The notes under the pieces: generated by a model
Told to the model about the DNA's origin: nothing
The model's database searches: none
The model's input: the letters and a program-made list of their open reading frames with translations, nothing else
IMG/VR virus record: IMGVR_UViG_3300020112_000204
Coordinates: 8,003-72,002 of that record
DNA length: 64,000 nt
From: a virus
Taxonomy: Duplodnaviria; Caudoviricetes
Strand: one strand, 5' to 3'
Shown here: positions 1 through 8,128 of the stretch, piece after piece
Layout: each line of letters starts with the position of its first letter
Numbering within the stretch: position 1 is the first letter of the stretch
Made by a program: the position numbers and the translations under genes

Positions 1-949
1 TTGCGTGTACAACTCTCTCGGTGCATTTTCCATCAAACACATCTCCCCAGAGGACACTTTTCAACTGGCTCCTAGCGGACTGTTCCCTATATCCCTCATT
101 TAATGCTAGCTCGATGCACCCTTTAATCATATGCTGACCCGTGAACTGATATGACACCTTTCGCACATCCTTTAGACGGGGAGCTAAAGGCTCAATATCA
201 TCACTAAGCATACAGCTATCAGGGTAGGCAAATCCGTTGAACCAGTCAAAGGAGTTATACAAAACTATTGGTCTACCTGTTAGCAAGAACTGCTCTATAT
301 TACTACTACAATCCCCGACAAGTATGTCAGCATAGGAAAGCAGAGGTATAAATGGCTCATCATTTTTTCTATACCTTATGCCTTGCTCAGACAAGAACCT
401 ATCCCAATGTCTATCTAGAATATATGGGTGCATAGCAACACGGAAGTCTAGATTCAGTTCACTACACACATCCTTGAGTTCGAGGATGTTTTTCTTAATC
501 TCCACTATACCACCATTCAACTCATAATTCCAAGTCGGGGCATATAGCACAGACTTTCTACGATTTTTAGGTCTAGACTTTTCTAAGTTGTACAGTGTGT
601 CTAGGTCGGGTCTACCTACGGGATACACTTTTCGTATCCTAGGAAGGATTCCTTTCAAGGAGAGCATCTCAATCTCATAGGGGCTAGATGCTACATAGTA
701 ATCCTCACGAACCCCTGTGTCAAAAACCTCTGCACCACTCTTGTTCCAGAACACACCGTGAGACAAGTCAAACACAGGCTGAGAAGAGTTCTGAGTGGCG
801 ATTCTACTACAAGTCAATGCCATATACCCTTTTGGCACTTCTGTATGCTCTTGAATCTCTACTATCTCTGAACCGTTTAGCTTCTCTAGTACGGGGTTCA
901 GGAGGCTATTATACTCAGACATCCTTACTACAGCTATCTTCATACTCAT
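1..949 (-). CDS. CDP-glycerol glycerophosphotransferase-family (TagF/TagB-like) protein, runs off window edge (>=316 aa)
   Basis: Hand translation from ATG 949 (ATGA overlap with upstream stop), open to base 1: MSMKIAVVRM...HGVFWNK...VYPVGRPDLD...KSVLYAPTW...VAMHPY...ADILVGDCSS...GRPIVLY...FDGKCTERV; motifs typical of glycerophosphotransferases; not in ORF track. Confidence 0.75.
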   Translation of the reverse strand, partial: MSMKIAVVRMSEYNSLLNPVLEKLNGSEIVEIQEHTEVPKGYMALTCSRIATQNSSQPVFDLSHGVFWNKSGAEVFDTGVREDYYVASSPYEIEMLSLKGILPRIRKVYPVGRPDLDTLYNLEKSRPKNRRKSVLYAPTWNYELNGGIVEIKKNILELKDVCSELNLDFRVAMHPYILDRHWDRFLSEQGIRYRKNDEPFIPLLSYADILVGDCSSNIEQFLLTGRPIVLYNSFDWFNGFAYPDSCMLSDDIEPLAPRLKDVRKVSYQFTGQHMIKGCIELALNEGYREQSARSQLKSVLWGDVFDGKCTERVVHA

Positions 950-1947
950 ATAATGAACCCTTTCTTATACATAGCCTCTATCATATTCCAAACTACGACT
1001 TTGCTGTCATAGAGCCTATTCCCATCTGAGCAGAACCCAAGCTCACCCACTTGAGCCGTGTCCATAGCTCTGAGCAAATCCTTTCCAGAGAAAGGCTCGT
1101 ACATATTAGTCTCAAGCATATACTCGGGAAAGCACATCATACTCGGGGCTACTACCCTACACCCTGCAAGTGCTCCCTCCACCATACTAAGGCTCAGGGT
1201 ATCATATAGGGAAGTCGTTAGGACATACTCACAATGTCCAAGTGTGTCATAGTAGTCAGCCTTAGTCTTGTTGTACTTCATTAACACTCCCATTTGCTTT
1301 GCTTGTTCAACATAGTCACTAAGCAGTTCAAAGTCTCCAGTCTTAGCACCGTAGCACCATATTACGGAATACCCTTTATCAATGAGCAATCGGCAAAACC
1401 ATAGGGCTATAGGCAAGTTCTTTTCCATGCTGAATCTCTGGCTAATTACTACTGATTTACTGACAAACTCGGAGTGACTGGGGAGCTTGTAACTGTACAA
1501 GTCTAAGTCGAGTGGGAACCCTGTAACTACAGCCTTGTCCTTATGGGTCATAAAGCTTTTCTGATACTCACTGTTGCAGAACAAAAGGTCATATACATCT
1601 TCATACTTAGCTTCTATCACCTCAGGCTTATCCTCAAAAACCTGTGCATTGTGAATATACGAGGGCTCAAGCCACATAGTCTTGGTACCATGTGCATGGG
1701 CTACCAGCTTTAAGTCAGGTCTCCTTTTTCTAAGGATGCCCGCAAACTCGTTCTCGTAAACCGTAAACCACACTATGCTATTCTCGGGCAGAGCTAATAG
1801 CTCTTTCATTAACTCATTAGAGAACTTATTAGACAACTCCTTATGGCTGATGCACATACCACTGAGACCTCTATGAACTCCATCAAGGTAATCTCTAACC
1901 CAGCTACCTTGGCTTTCTTCTCCCCATGGGTTTACAATATAAATCAT
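946..1947 (-). CDS. GT-B fold glycosyltransferase (GT4-like)
   Basis: HAHG, LFCNSEYQK, QRFSMEKN and C-terminal TSLYDTLSLSMVEGALAGCRVVAP resembling the GT4 nucleotide-sugar binding signature. Confidence 0.78.
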   Translation of the reverse strand: MIYIVNPWGEESQGSWVRDYLDGVHRGLSGMCISHKELSNKFSNELMKELLALPENSIVWFTVYENEFAGILRKRRPDLKLVAHAHGTKTMWLEPSYIHNAQVFEDKPEVIEAKYEDVYDLLFCNSEYQKSFMTHKDKAVVTGFPLDLDLYSYKLPSHSEFVSKSVVISQRFSMEKNLPIALWFCRLLIDKGYSVIWCYGAKTGDFELLSDYVEQAKQMGVLMKYNKTKADYYDTLGHCEYVLTTSLYDTLSLSMVEGALAGCRVVAPSMMCFPEYMLETNMYEPFSGKDLLRAMDTAQVGELGFCSDGNRLYDSKVVVWNMIEAMYKKGFII

Positions 1948-1957
1948 AGGCTACCTC

Positions 1958-2434
1958 CTATTTTACACCCTCAGGCAAAACACTGTACTTTTCTTTACCA
2001 TCTAAAAAATCCTTCAAGGTCTGTTCCCAACTCTCGAACCTATACCCCTTGTCATCAATGTAGGCAACTGCGGAGGGCTTGAGTCCTAACTGAACCTCTT
2101 CGATGTAGTTCTCAAGGTGATTTTCTCTAATCCATACCATTGTCTTTCTCAGGTCGGACTTCCATCGAGAGGAGGACAAAACTATTCGGTACTCTTTACA
2201 AAGTTCACTTAGAGCCTCTTTCGCACCCTCTACCAAAGTGCAATTCTCATACGCCCATCCAGCCTCTTCACTGTACACATCTTTAACTGTGCCTGTGGCT
2301 ATAACCCCATCTATATCTATTACCAATGTCGGTTTTCTCTTCTTTCGCATATCCTTTATCACCTCACAGTTGTAGCACTCTGGCGAAAGCGTTCCCCTCT
2401 CAAAATACCAACACTCGGAACAATCCTGTATCAT
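1958..2434 (-). CDS. HAD-superfamily phosphatase with short Cys-rich N-terminus
   Basis: LVIDIDGVIA (DxD), LSSSR, AYIDDK motifs; start reset to ATG 2434 after AGGAGG. Confidence 0.75.
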   Translation of the reverse strand: MIQDCSECWYFERGTLSPECYNCEVIKDMRKKRKPTLVIDIDGVIATGTVKDVYSEEAGWAYENCTLVEGAKEALSELCKEYRIVLSSSRWKSDLRKTMVWIRENHLENYIEEVQLGLKPSAVAYIDDKGYRFESWEQTLKDFLDGKEKYSVLPEGVK

Positions 2435-2487
2435 GTCTCCTCCTAATACAAAAGGGTAGCCAGTACTGGACTGACTACCCATCAATA

Positions 2488-3033
2488 CTACTTTGTTGAC
2501 TCAAGCAGATTAAGAAACTCCTGCTTATCAATCTTACCCTTAATGGCACAAGTAACTGTTGGGCAGTTTGACTTCTTGACACCACGGCTCTCCACACACA
2601 TATGACGAGCCTTTGCCATAACAATCAATCCCTCAGGCTGAATACCCTCGAACAGATAATCAGCAATCTCCTGTGTCAGTCTCTCCTGAAGCTGAGGCTT
2701 TCTAGCAAAGTACTCAACAGTTCTACCCATCTTGCTAAGACCTACAACCTTTCCATTAGGGAGATACCCTATGGATACCGTACCAAAGAAGGTCGCTAGG
2801 TGATGCTCACACAATGAGTAAAACGGTATATCCTTTACAATAATCATCTGGTCGTAACCAGCGTCATTTGTGAATACCTTAAGTGCAGGAGGCTCTTTCT
2901 GAAGTGAGCCACAGATTTCTTGGAACATCCTAGCTACTCGGCTTGGAGTTTCAACAAGACCCTCTCTGTCAGGGTCTTCCCCAATTTCCTCGAGAATTAC
3001 TCGGATAGCGTGTTCCACCCTTGTCATATTCAT
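2488..3033 (-). CDS. folE: GTP cyclohydrolase I
   Basis: TPSRVARM, SLCEHHL, GLSKMGR, PQLQERLT, HMCVESRGV. Confidence 0.97.
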   Translation of the reverse strand: MNMTRVEHAIRVILEEIGEDPDREGLVETPSRVARMFQEICGSLQKEPPALKVFTNDAGYDQMIIVKDIPFYSLCEHHLATFFGTVSIGYLPNGKVVGLSKMGRTVEYFARKPQLQERLTQEIADYLFEGIQPEGLIVMAKARHMCVESRGVKKSNCPTVTCAIKGKIDKQEFLNLLESTK

Positions 3034-3045
3034 CAGGACTCCTCC

Positions 3046-3312
3046 TTACATTTCTCCATGACCTGTTTCGAGGGCATCCTTAAGGGCTTGGATTTTCCTA
3101 TCGCACTCTGCAATTCCGTCCGCTGCCTGACTCAGGAACTGAAAAGCCTTGTCACGCTCATTTGAGAGTCTATTCTTCTCATTCTCGATGTCGGTCATTC
3201 TTTTCTTAATGTCTGCCTTTGTCAGTCTCTCCTCAAGATGACGGGACAGAACATACTCATTATTCTCTCGCTCAATTATGAGCTTATCACAAGTCACAGT
3301 ATCAGAGGGCAT
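3046..3312 (-). CDS. Hypothetical coiled-coil protein (88 aa)
   Basis: ORF track; start reset to ATG 3312 after GGAGG. Confidence 0.6.
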   Translation of the reverse strand: MPSDTVTCDKLIIERENNEYVLSRHLEERLTKADIKKRMTDIENEKNRLSNERDKAFQFLSQAADGIAECDRKIQALKDALETGHGEM

Positions 3313-3556
3313 TTTCAGCACCTCCTGAACAGAAGCTGATATCGAGTACTCTCTGACACTTTTCAATAGAAGCTCTTCTGTACTTAACTATCTCATCATC
3401 GAGGTTCTTCGTTACGATATAGCCTTTATCAAATCCTACAAAAGTCGTGAGCACAAACTGTGTTCCAACCTTAAGGAGAACCTTATCACCTGAACAAAGC
3501 TCCTGTCCGTCAGAGGCTACAACACTCTCTGTTACTGTTCTTTTAATCTCTACCAT
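3302..3556 (-). CDS. Hypothetical protein
   Basis: ORF track, RBS present, inside fol/que operon. Confidence 0.6.
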   Translation of the reverse strand: MVEIKRTVTESVVASDGQELCSGDKVLLKVGTQFVLTTFVGFDKGYIVTKNLDDEIVKYRRASIEKCQRVLDISFCSGGAENAL

Positions 3557-3569
3557 GTCTTTACTCCTC

Positions 3570-4250
3570 TCATTTTACATTAACCATTTTATGAATCTGG
3601 GGCAGAAAACGAGTTTCAAACCCAAGGTCAATACCACCTGTTTCATCGAGGTAGTACTCAAGCATTTTCTGATATCCCGAATCCTCAACAGTGCCAGCCT
3701 CAGGCTGGAATATGAGCACAGTGTCCTTATCAAACGCATAATCGCTCATATACAGAAGAGCCTCGTGCATATCCTGCTCGTTAGCAATTACGAACTTAAC
3801 CTGAACCTTAGTCAGATTAGACCATTCAGCCGTATGAGTGTACTCAGCAGAAACTTTGTTCTTAGCTGAGCCAAGCTTAGGGCTAATAGCCATAAGGTCG
3901 AACATGAGCCTAGGTGCACCGAACTTAGTCGGAGCTATAGTGCCATTAGTCTCAACTGCTACCTTATAGCCCATACCTCTAAGGCTGATACAAAGGCTCT
4001 CGAGTTCCTCACCATTCTGAATCAGGGGCTCGCCACCAGTTAAGATGACATACCCGATACCTTGATGCTCCTTGACTTTTTCGATAAGCTCGATAGAGTC
4101 ACATTCAAAAGCTACTGTGTTCCATTCTGTGTCACACCATTCACAGTTCAAGTTGCAACCCGCAAACCTGATGAACAAACACCTCATACCTACATCGATG
4201 CCCTCTCCCTGAACGGAAACGAACATATCATTTACCTTAAACTTCTGCAT
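3570..4250 (-). CDS. queE: 7-carboxy-7-deazaguanine synthase (radical SAM)
   Basis: SVQGEG, FIRFAGCNLNCEWCDT, LTGGEP, ETNGT, ISPK, PQIHK. Confidence 0.95.
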   Translation of the reverse strand: MQKFKVNDMFVSVQGEGIDVGMRCLFIRFAGCNLNCEWCDTEWNTVAFECDSIELIEKVKEHQGIGYVILTGGEPLIQNGEELESLCISLRGMGYKVAVETNGTIAPTKFGAPRLMFDLMAISPKLGSAKNKVSAEYTHTAEWSNLTKVQVKFVIANEQDMHEALLYMSDYAFDKDTVLIFQPEAGTVEDSGYQKMLEYYLDETGGIDLGFETRFLPQIHKMVNVK

Positions 4251-4262
4251 CTTACTGCCTCC

Positions 4263-4631
4263 TTAGTACTCGAGTACTATGCTATTATTCGGGGTCTCAA
4301 ACAACTCAATCCGCTTAAGACGGGGATTTCCCTGCTTACCTACTAGAGCTTTGGAAATCTCCTCTGCAAGATACTGGACGATATTCTCGGCTGAGGGACT
4401 AAGGAAGCCAAAGTCTACTACATCCTCATTAAGGTACTTATGGTCAAGACCATTGATGATATCCTTGAGGACATTGAAGTCAACCGAGATTCCATCATCT
4501 AGGTACCTCATAGTGCCGATAGCTATATCCACCTTGACTGTCCATCTATGCCCGTGCAGATGACTGCACTTACCCTGATACTCGTATAGACGGTGGGCTG
4601 AATCAAAAGCACCCTCCCAGTGCAGGGTCAT
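4263..4631 (-). CDS. queD: 6-carboxy-5,6,7,8-tetrahydropterin synthase
   Basis: FDSAHRL, CSHLHGH, LDHKYLN, PSAEN, ETPN; start reset to MTLHW. Confidence 0.95.
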   Translation of the reverse strand: MTLHWEGAFDSAHRLYEYQGKCSHLHGHRWTVKVDIAIGTMRYLDDGISVDFNVLKDIINGLDHKYLNEDVVDFGFLSPSAENIVQYLAEEISKALVGKQGNPRLKRIELFETPNNSIVLEY

Positions 4632-4642
4632 ACTACCTTCCA

Positions 4643-4729
4643 TTACTTCTTTGCTCCTTTGCCTTTACCTTTCTTTTTACCAGTGCCAGTGCTTCCACCG
4701 CCACCACAGCCTTTCTTTCCACAAGACAT
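4643..4729 (-). CDS. 28-aa Gly/Lys-rich micropeptide MSCGKKGCGGGGSTGTGKKKGKGKGAKK
   Basis: Strong GAGGAGGTG RBS, fills the spoVS-queD gap; below ORF-track cutoff. Confidence 0.55.
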   Translation of the reverse strand: MSCGKKGCGGGGSTGTGKKKGKGKGAKK

Positions 4730-4744
4730 ACATAACACCTCCTC

Positions 4745-5020
4745 TTATCTAACAACGATTGTAAACTTCATAGCAGTCTTCTGTTCATTATCAATAATGA
4801 CATCTTCAAAGCCAACTCTAACCAAAAGGTCTGCTCCAGACTGGGCAGAGAAACTTCTTGCTATGGCGACTGCTTTCATAGCCTGATTTACCGCTCCTGC
4901 TCCGATAGCACTAACAGACACATCCTTACCCTCTTGGATATTCTTAGCTATAGAACCTCCTACTGAGTGAGGATTACTGCCACCTGCTACTTTAAGCACA
5001 ACCGACTGTCTATCATTCAT
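4745..5020 (-). CDS. spoVS: Stage V sporulation protein S
   Basis: VLKVAGGSNPHSVGGSIA...AIGAGAVNQAMKAVAIAR; start at MNDRQ after GGAGGTG. Confidence 0.93.
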   Translation of the reverse strand: MNDRQSVVLKVAGGSNPHSVGGSIAKNIQEGKDVSVSAIGAGAVNQAMKAVAIARSFSAQSGADLLVRVGFEDVIIDNEQKTAMKFTIVVR

Positions 5021-5045
5021 AAAGTCACCTCCATCTAGCATCATG

Positions 5046-5573
5046 CTACTTTTCTATAATCTTATTCCTATCTACTAGGTCTAGGAAATCGGACAAACGC
5101 AAGAAAACGAAGTCACAAGCTTCTTGGACTCTCTTACCATCCTTATTCTCCTGACCTTGGTGCATTATGACTACTGGATACTTACCTTTTGGACAATCCT
5201 CTGAGGCTTGTCTCCACCACTCTTTTATGCTCCAAGTCTTGTGGTTCTTACACTCTATATGCAAGTTGAACTTAATCGAGTCATCTAGCGAGTTTAAGTC
5301 TCCCTTAACTGGGTTCAGGTTCTTGCTCTTAGCAAACCCACCACTAAGTGGAGTCCTCTCAAGGTCGATACCCAGAGTACTCTTAAATACCTTCTTTATC
5401 GCCCTCTCATAGTTCGCACCCTTGTTCTTGCTACTTCTACCTCGCTTAGACTGAGCAATCTTAGCCGTCAGTTCACTGCATTTCTTCTCATAGAACTGAG
5501 GGTCTAACTCGCTTTTCATAGCCGTGAGCTGTTGCAGTTCAATCTCAGCCTGTGATTTTCGTTTTCTTGCCAT
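5046..5573 (-). CDS. PD-(D/E)XK Holliday junction resolvase-like nuclease
   Basis: SKNKGANYER, RTPLSGG, KGDL, IECKN, WWRQA, PVVI. Confidence 0.75.
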   Translation of the reverse strand: MARKRKSQAEIELQQLTAMKSELDPQFYEKKCSELTAKIAQSKRGRSSKNKGANYERAIKKVFKSTLGIDLERTPLSGGFAKSKNLNPVKGDLNSLDDSIKFNLHIECKNHKTWSIKEWWRQASEDCPKGKYPVVIMHQGQENKDGKRVQEACDFVFLRLSDFLDLVDRNKIIEK

Positions 5574-5581
5574 ATTGCCTC

Positions 5582-6148
5582 CTACCGATTATAAATGCTT
5601 TCTCCGTAGCTTTCAGCTCTAAAGGTGTTGGCTCTTCGGGTTATTTCTCTAGAAACTGCGTTCAGCATCTTATCATAGCCTGAAACCATAGCCCTGACCA
5701 TCTTCAAAGTGGACTGTTTCTCAAGCTCGTCCTTACGCAAATCTCTGATATAACCCAGCCTCTGAACTGCACCATATCGTAAGTCGTCATTCTTCTGGCT
5801 ATCCTTGGGCAATCGAATGATTTCATACCTTTCAGCGAAGGTAGCTACTCTGTCTGCCACAGTCCAGTCTATGTCAGCATTTGCAACTACACCCTCTCCG
5901 TATGAACTCATTCCTGTAAAGATAGTCAGATACATACCTAACTCATCATCCGTCACTGCGGTTAAATCGTTGGGCAACATCAGATGACCTGTATCATCTA
6001 ATAGCTCCTCTGGAATATTCGGCTGTGCTGGAAACAGTAACCCTGCCTTTAGTACTTTTGCTTTTGCTTCTTCCCTATACTTAAAGGACTTTACATCCTC
6101 TACCTCTTTAGGTACAAAGCCTACAGTTCTTTCTTCTGTGTCTGGCAT
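5582..6148 (-). CDS. Hypothetical helical protein
   Basis: ORF track with RBS. Confidence 0.65.
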   Translation of the reverse strand: MPDTEERTVGFVPKEVEDVKSFKYREEAKAKVLKAGLLFPAQPNIPEELLDDTGHLMLPNDLTAVTDDELGMYLTIFTGMSSYGEGVVANADIDWTVADRVATFAERYEIIRLPKDSQKNDDLRYGAVQRLGYIRDLRKDELEKQSTLKMVRAMVSGYDKMLNAVSREITRRANTFRAESYGESIYNR

Positions 6149-6168
6149 ATTTCCACCTCCTAATTACA

Positions 6169-6489
6169 TTACTGGAGAGCCTGAGCCATCATATCAATGG
6201 GGATGCCACCCTTGTAGAGTCTGATAAAGTCCACAGCGGGGACTTCGTCTTCTTTGAGCATACCCTTTTCAATCAGAGAGTCATAGTAGTATCGGTACAC
6301 AGTATCCTCGGGTTCAGATACTACCACCACTTTCTTAGCCTCGTTTTCAAATACGGCTTTAACTGCACCATTAGCCTTAAAGGTCAGCTCTTTAGTCGTG
6401 AAATCCTCAAGCTTATGGTCAGCACGGATTCTAAGCTCCGCAGACTCAGCAAGCTTCTTGTCAAACAGTCTCTTATCAAGGTCTTCCAT
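6169..6489 (-). CDS. Hypothetical protein
   Basis: ORF track with RBS. Confidence 0.6.
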   Translation of the reverse strand: MEDLDKRLFDKKLAESAELRIRADHKLEDFTTKELTFKANGAVKAVFENEAKKVVVVSEPEDTVYRYYYDSLIEKGMLKEDEVPAVDFIRLYKGGIPIDMMAQALQ

Positions 6490-6492
6490 AAC

Positions 6493-6663
6493 TTACTCCT
6501 TTTCCATAATGAATTCCTTAGTGCTGATTACATTAACACAATCAGCACCTGTGGCTTCCTTAACAGCCTCTTTGATACGCTTTGCCTCTTCTTCCTTGGT
6601 CTCGCTCTCGAGGTAGCTTATGCAGGTAACTTCAACATTGTGAATACGAGTTATCTCAACCAT
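6493..6663 (-). CDS. Hypothetical 56-aa protein (MVEITRIHNVEV...)
   Basis: Hand-translated; GGAGG RBS, start overlaps csp stop. Confidence 0.55.
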   Translation of the reverse strand: MVEITRIHNVEVTCISYLESETKEEEAKRIKEAVKEATGADCVNVISTKEFIMEKE

Positions 6664-6860
6664 CACAGTACCTCCACATTGATAGCCTTAACACCCTTCT
6701 TGTCCACATCAGTACTAAATCGTACCTCGTCACCCTCGTGCAGAGTCTTGAATCCATTCGTCAGGATTGCGGAGAAATGAACAAAGTACTCCTTCTTGTC
6801 ATCGCCAAGGATAAATCCATAGCCTTTCTTGGGGTCAAACCATTTTACAGTTCCGTGCAT
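6663..6860 (-). CDS. Cold-shock domain protein
   Basis: GTVKWFD-KKGYGFI (RNP1), VHFSAI (RNP2), FKTLHEG. Confidence 0.95.
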   Translation of the reverse strand: MHGTVKWFDPKKGYGFILGDDKKEYFVHFSAILTNGFKTLHEGDEVRFSTDVDKKGVKAINVEVL

Positions 6861-6865
6861 TTTCT

Positions 6866-7522
6866 TTACTCCTTTTCAAATTTGAATACAACGGGCATCT
6901 TATCCTCTAATTCAGCCAGAAGCTTTCCAGCAACCTCCTTAATCTGAGGGTGAGCTCTCCCCGTTTTGTCCAGAGCTCTTAATTCAAAGAAATGTCTCCA
7001 TTCCCTTAAATTCATTGTAACAATAATCTCAGTCTTGAGACTATTAGGCAGAACACCACGAGCAATCTCAGGCTTTACACCAAGAGCTATGAGTCTATTG
7101 TACTCAACCTCTGCTGATGCACAAGCATTATACCATGCCCAGTACTCGTCTGTACCCTCTACAAGCATAAAGGGCTTTATTACAGTAATCTCTCCACCGA
7201 ACTTGCCCTGAGTGTAGTTACAGTAACGAGTGCTCTCCTGAGCGTAGGAAGCTATCCTATGGCGAACTATCTCGTGACTAACTCCTCTATCACAAGTGAA
7301 CTTAACTGTAAGGCTGCTATGCTCAACCATAGCTAGATGACCCCTCTGGATGAGACCAGACACAAAGGACTTGTAGCTATTATCCTTAATCATACCCTCG
7401 GACTTATAGCAAGTTCTACCTACCTTTTCTATATGCCTCTGCATACACTCAAAGTACTGTTCATTGGTCATATAGTCACTAAATGGATTCATTATCTCAT
7501 AACTAGCATCTACTATCTTCAT
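6866..7522 (-). CDS. thyX: FAD-dependent thymidylate synthase
   Basis: EHSS, RGVSHEIVRHRIASYAQESTRY signature, AHPQI. Confidence 0.95.
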   Translation of the reverse strand: MKIVDASYEIMNPFSDYMTNEQYFECMQRHIEKVGRTCYKSEGMIKDNSYKSFVSGLIQRGHLAMVEHSSLTVKFTCDRGVSHEIVRHRIASYAQESTRYCNYTQGKFGGEITVIKPFMLVEGTDEYWAWYNACASAEVEYNRLIALGVKPEIARGVLPNSLKTEIIVTMNLREWRHFFELRALDKTGRAHPQIKEVAGKLLAELEDKMPVVFKFEKE

Positions 7523-7688
7523 TTACTCTTTCACCATCATTATTAAACCTTTCTAAATCCAGACCCGCAAGCAAAGCTAAAACTTCATCCATAGTCAACC
7601 CTGAAGACTTACCTCTTGAGGACACTACAGTATATGTGCCAGACAACGGGTCACTAGTCACTCGTATCTCATAATTTGCTTGGCTCAC
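7503..7688 (-). CDS. Hypothetical protein
   Basis: ORF track, overlaps both neighbours. Confidence 0.5.
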   Translation of the reverse strand: MSQANYEIRVTSDPLSGTYTVVSSRGKSSGLTMDEVLALLAGLDLERFNNDGERVNEDSRC

Positions 7689-8128
7689 CTTATGTCACCA
7701 CACTGTGTCTTGGGCAAATTGTCTTCTTTCCACCTAGACACTATTCTATCCTTAAGACTAGTGCTACTCATTGAGTGGTTTCTAGACAGAAAGTACACCT
7801 CCTTACCTAGAGCCCTTTCGATGCTTTTACCATCCCAATCCCTGTCAATGTAGTCGGAGCCTACAAATCGAATGTCATAATCTAGGCTACTAACCAAAGT
7901 CTCCATATCAGACCTACCAGCATAGGGTATAATCTTATCTGCGTACATAACTCCATCTAGCTGAATAAATCTCTCATACACAGACTGAATGGGTTCCTTG
8001 CCATCAGGAGCACAGTTCATTCCTACAATGAGGAAGTCACAATTATCTTTAGCTTCTTTCATAGCAAGAATATGCCCTGCGTGTAGGCAGTCACCTACAA
8101 TCGGATAAAAGCCTATCTTAAGTTTCAT
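7685..8128 (-). CDS. Cytidylyltransferase, glycerol-3-phosphate cytidylyltransferase (TagD)-like
   Basis: GDCLHAGH (HxGH), CDFLIVG, QSVYERF, VGSDY, RNHSMSSTSLK. Confidence 0.88.
   Translation of the reverse strand: MKLKIGFYPIVGDCLHAGHILAMKEAKDNCDFLIVGMNCAPDGKEPIQSVYERFIQLDGVMYADKIIPYAGRSDMETLVSSLDYDIRFVGSDYIDRDWDGKSIERALGKEVYFLSRNHSMSSTSLKDRIVSRWKEDNLPKTQCGDIR

Noticed and set aside
4677-4733. Trp-rich 18-aa peptide MYVLWKERLWWRWKHWHW as attenuator leader
   Set aside because: By-product of GGT/GGC codons of the Gly-rich frame; RBS spacing favours ATG 4729
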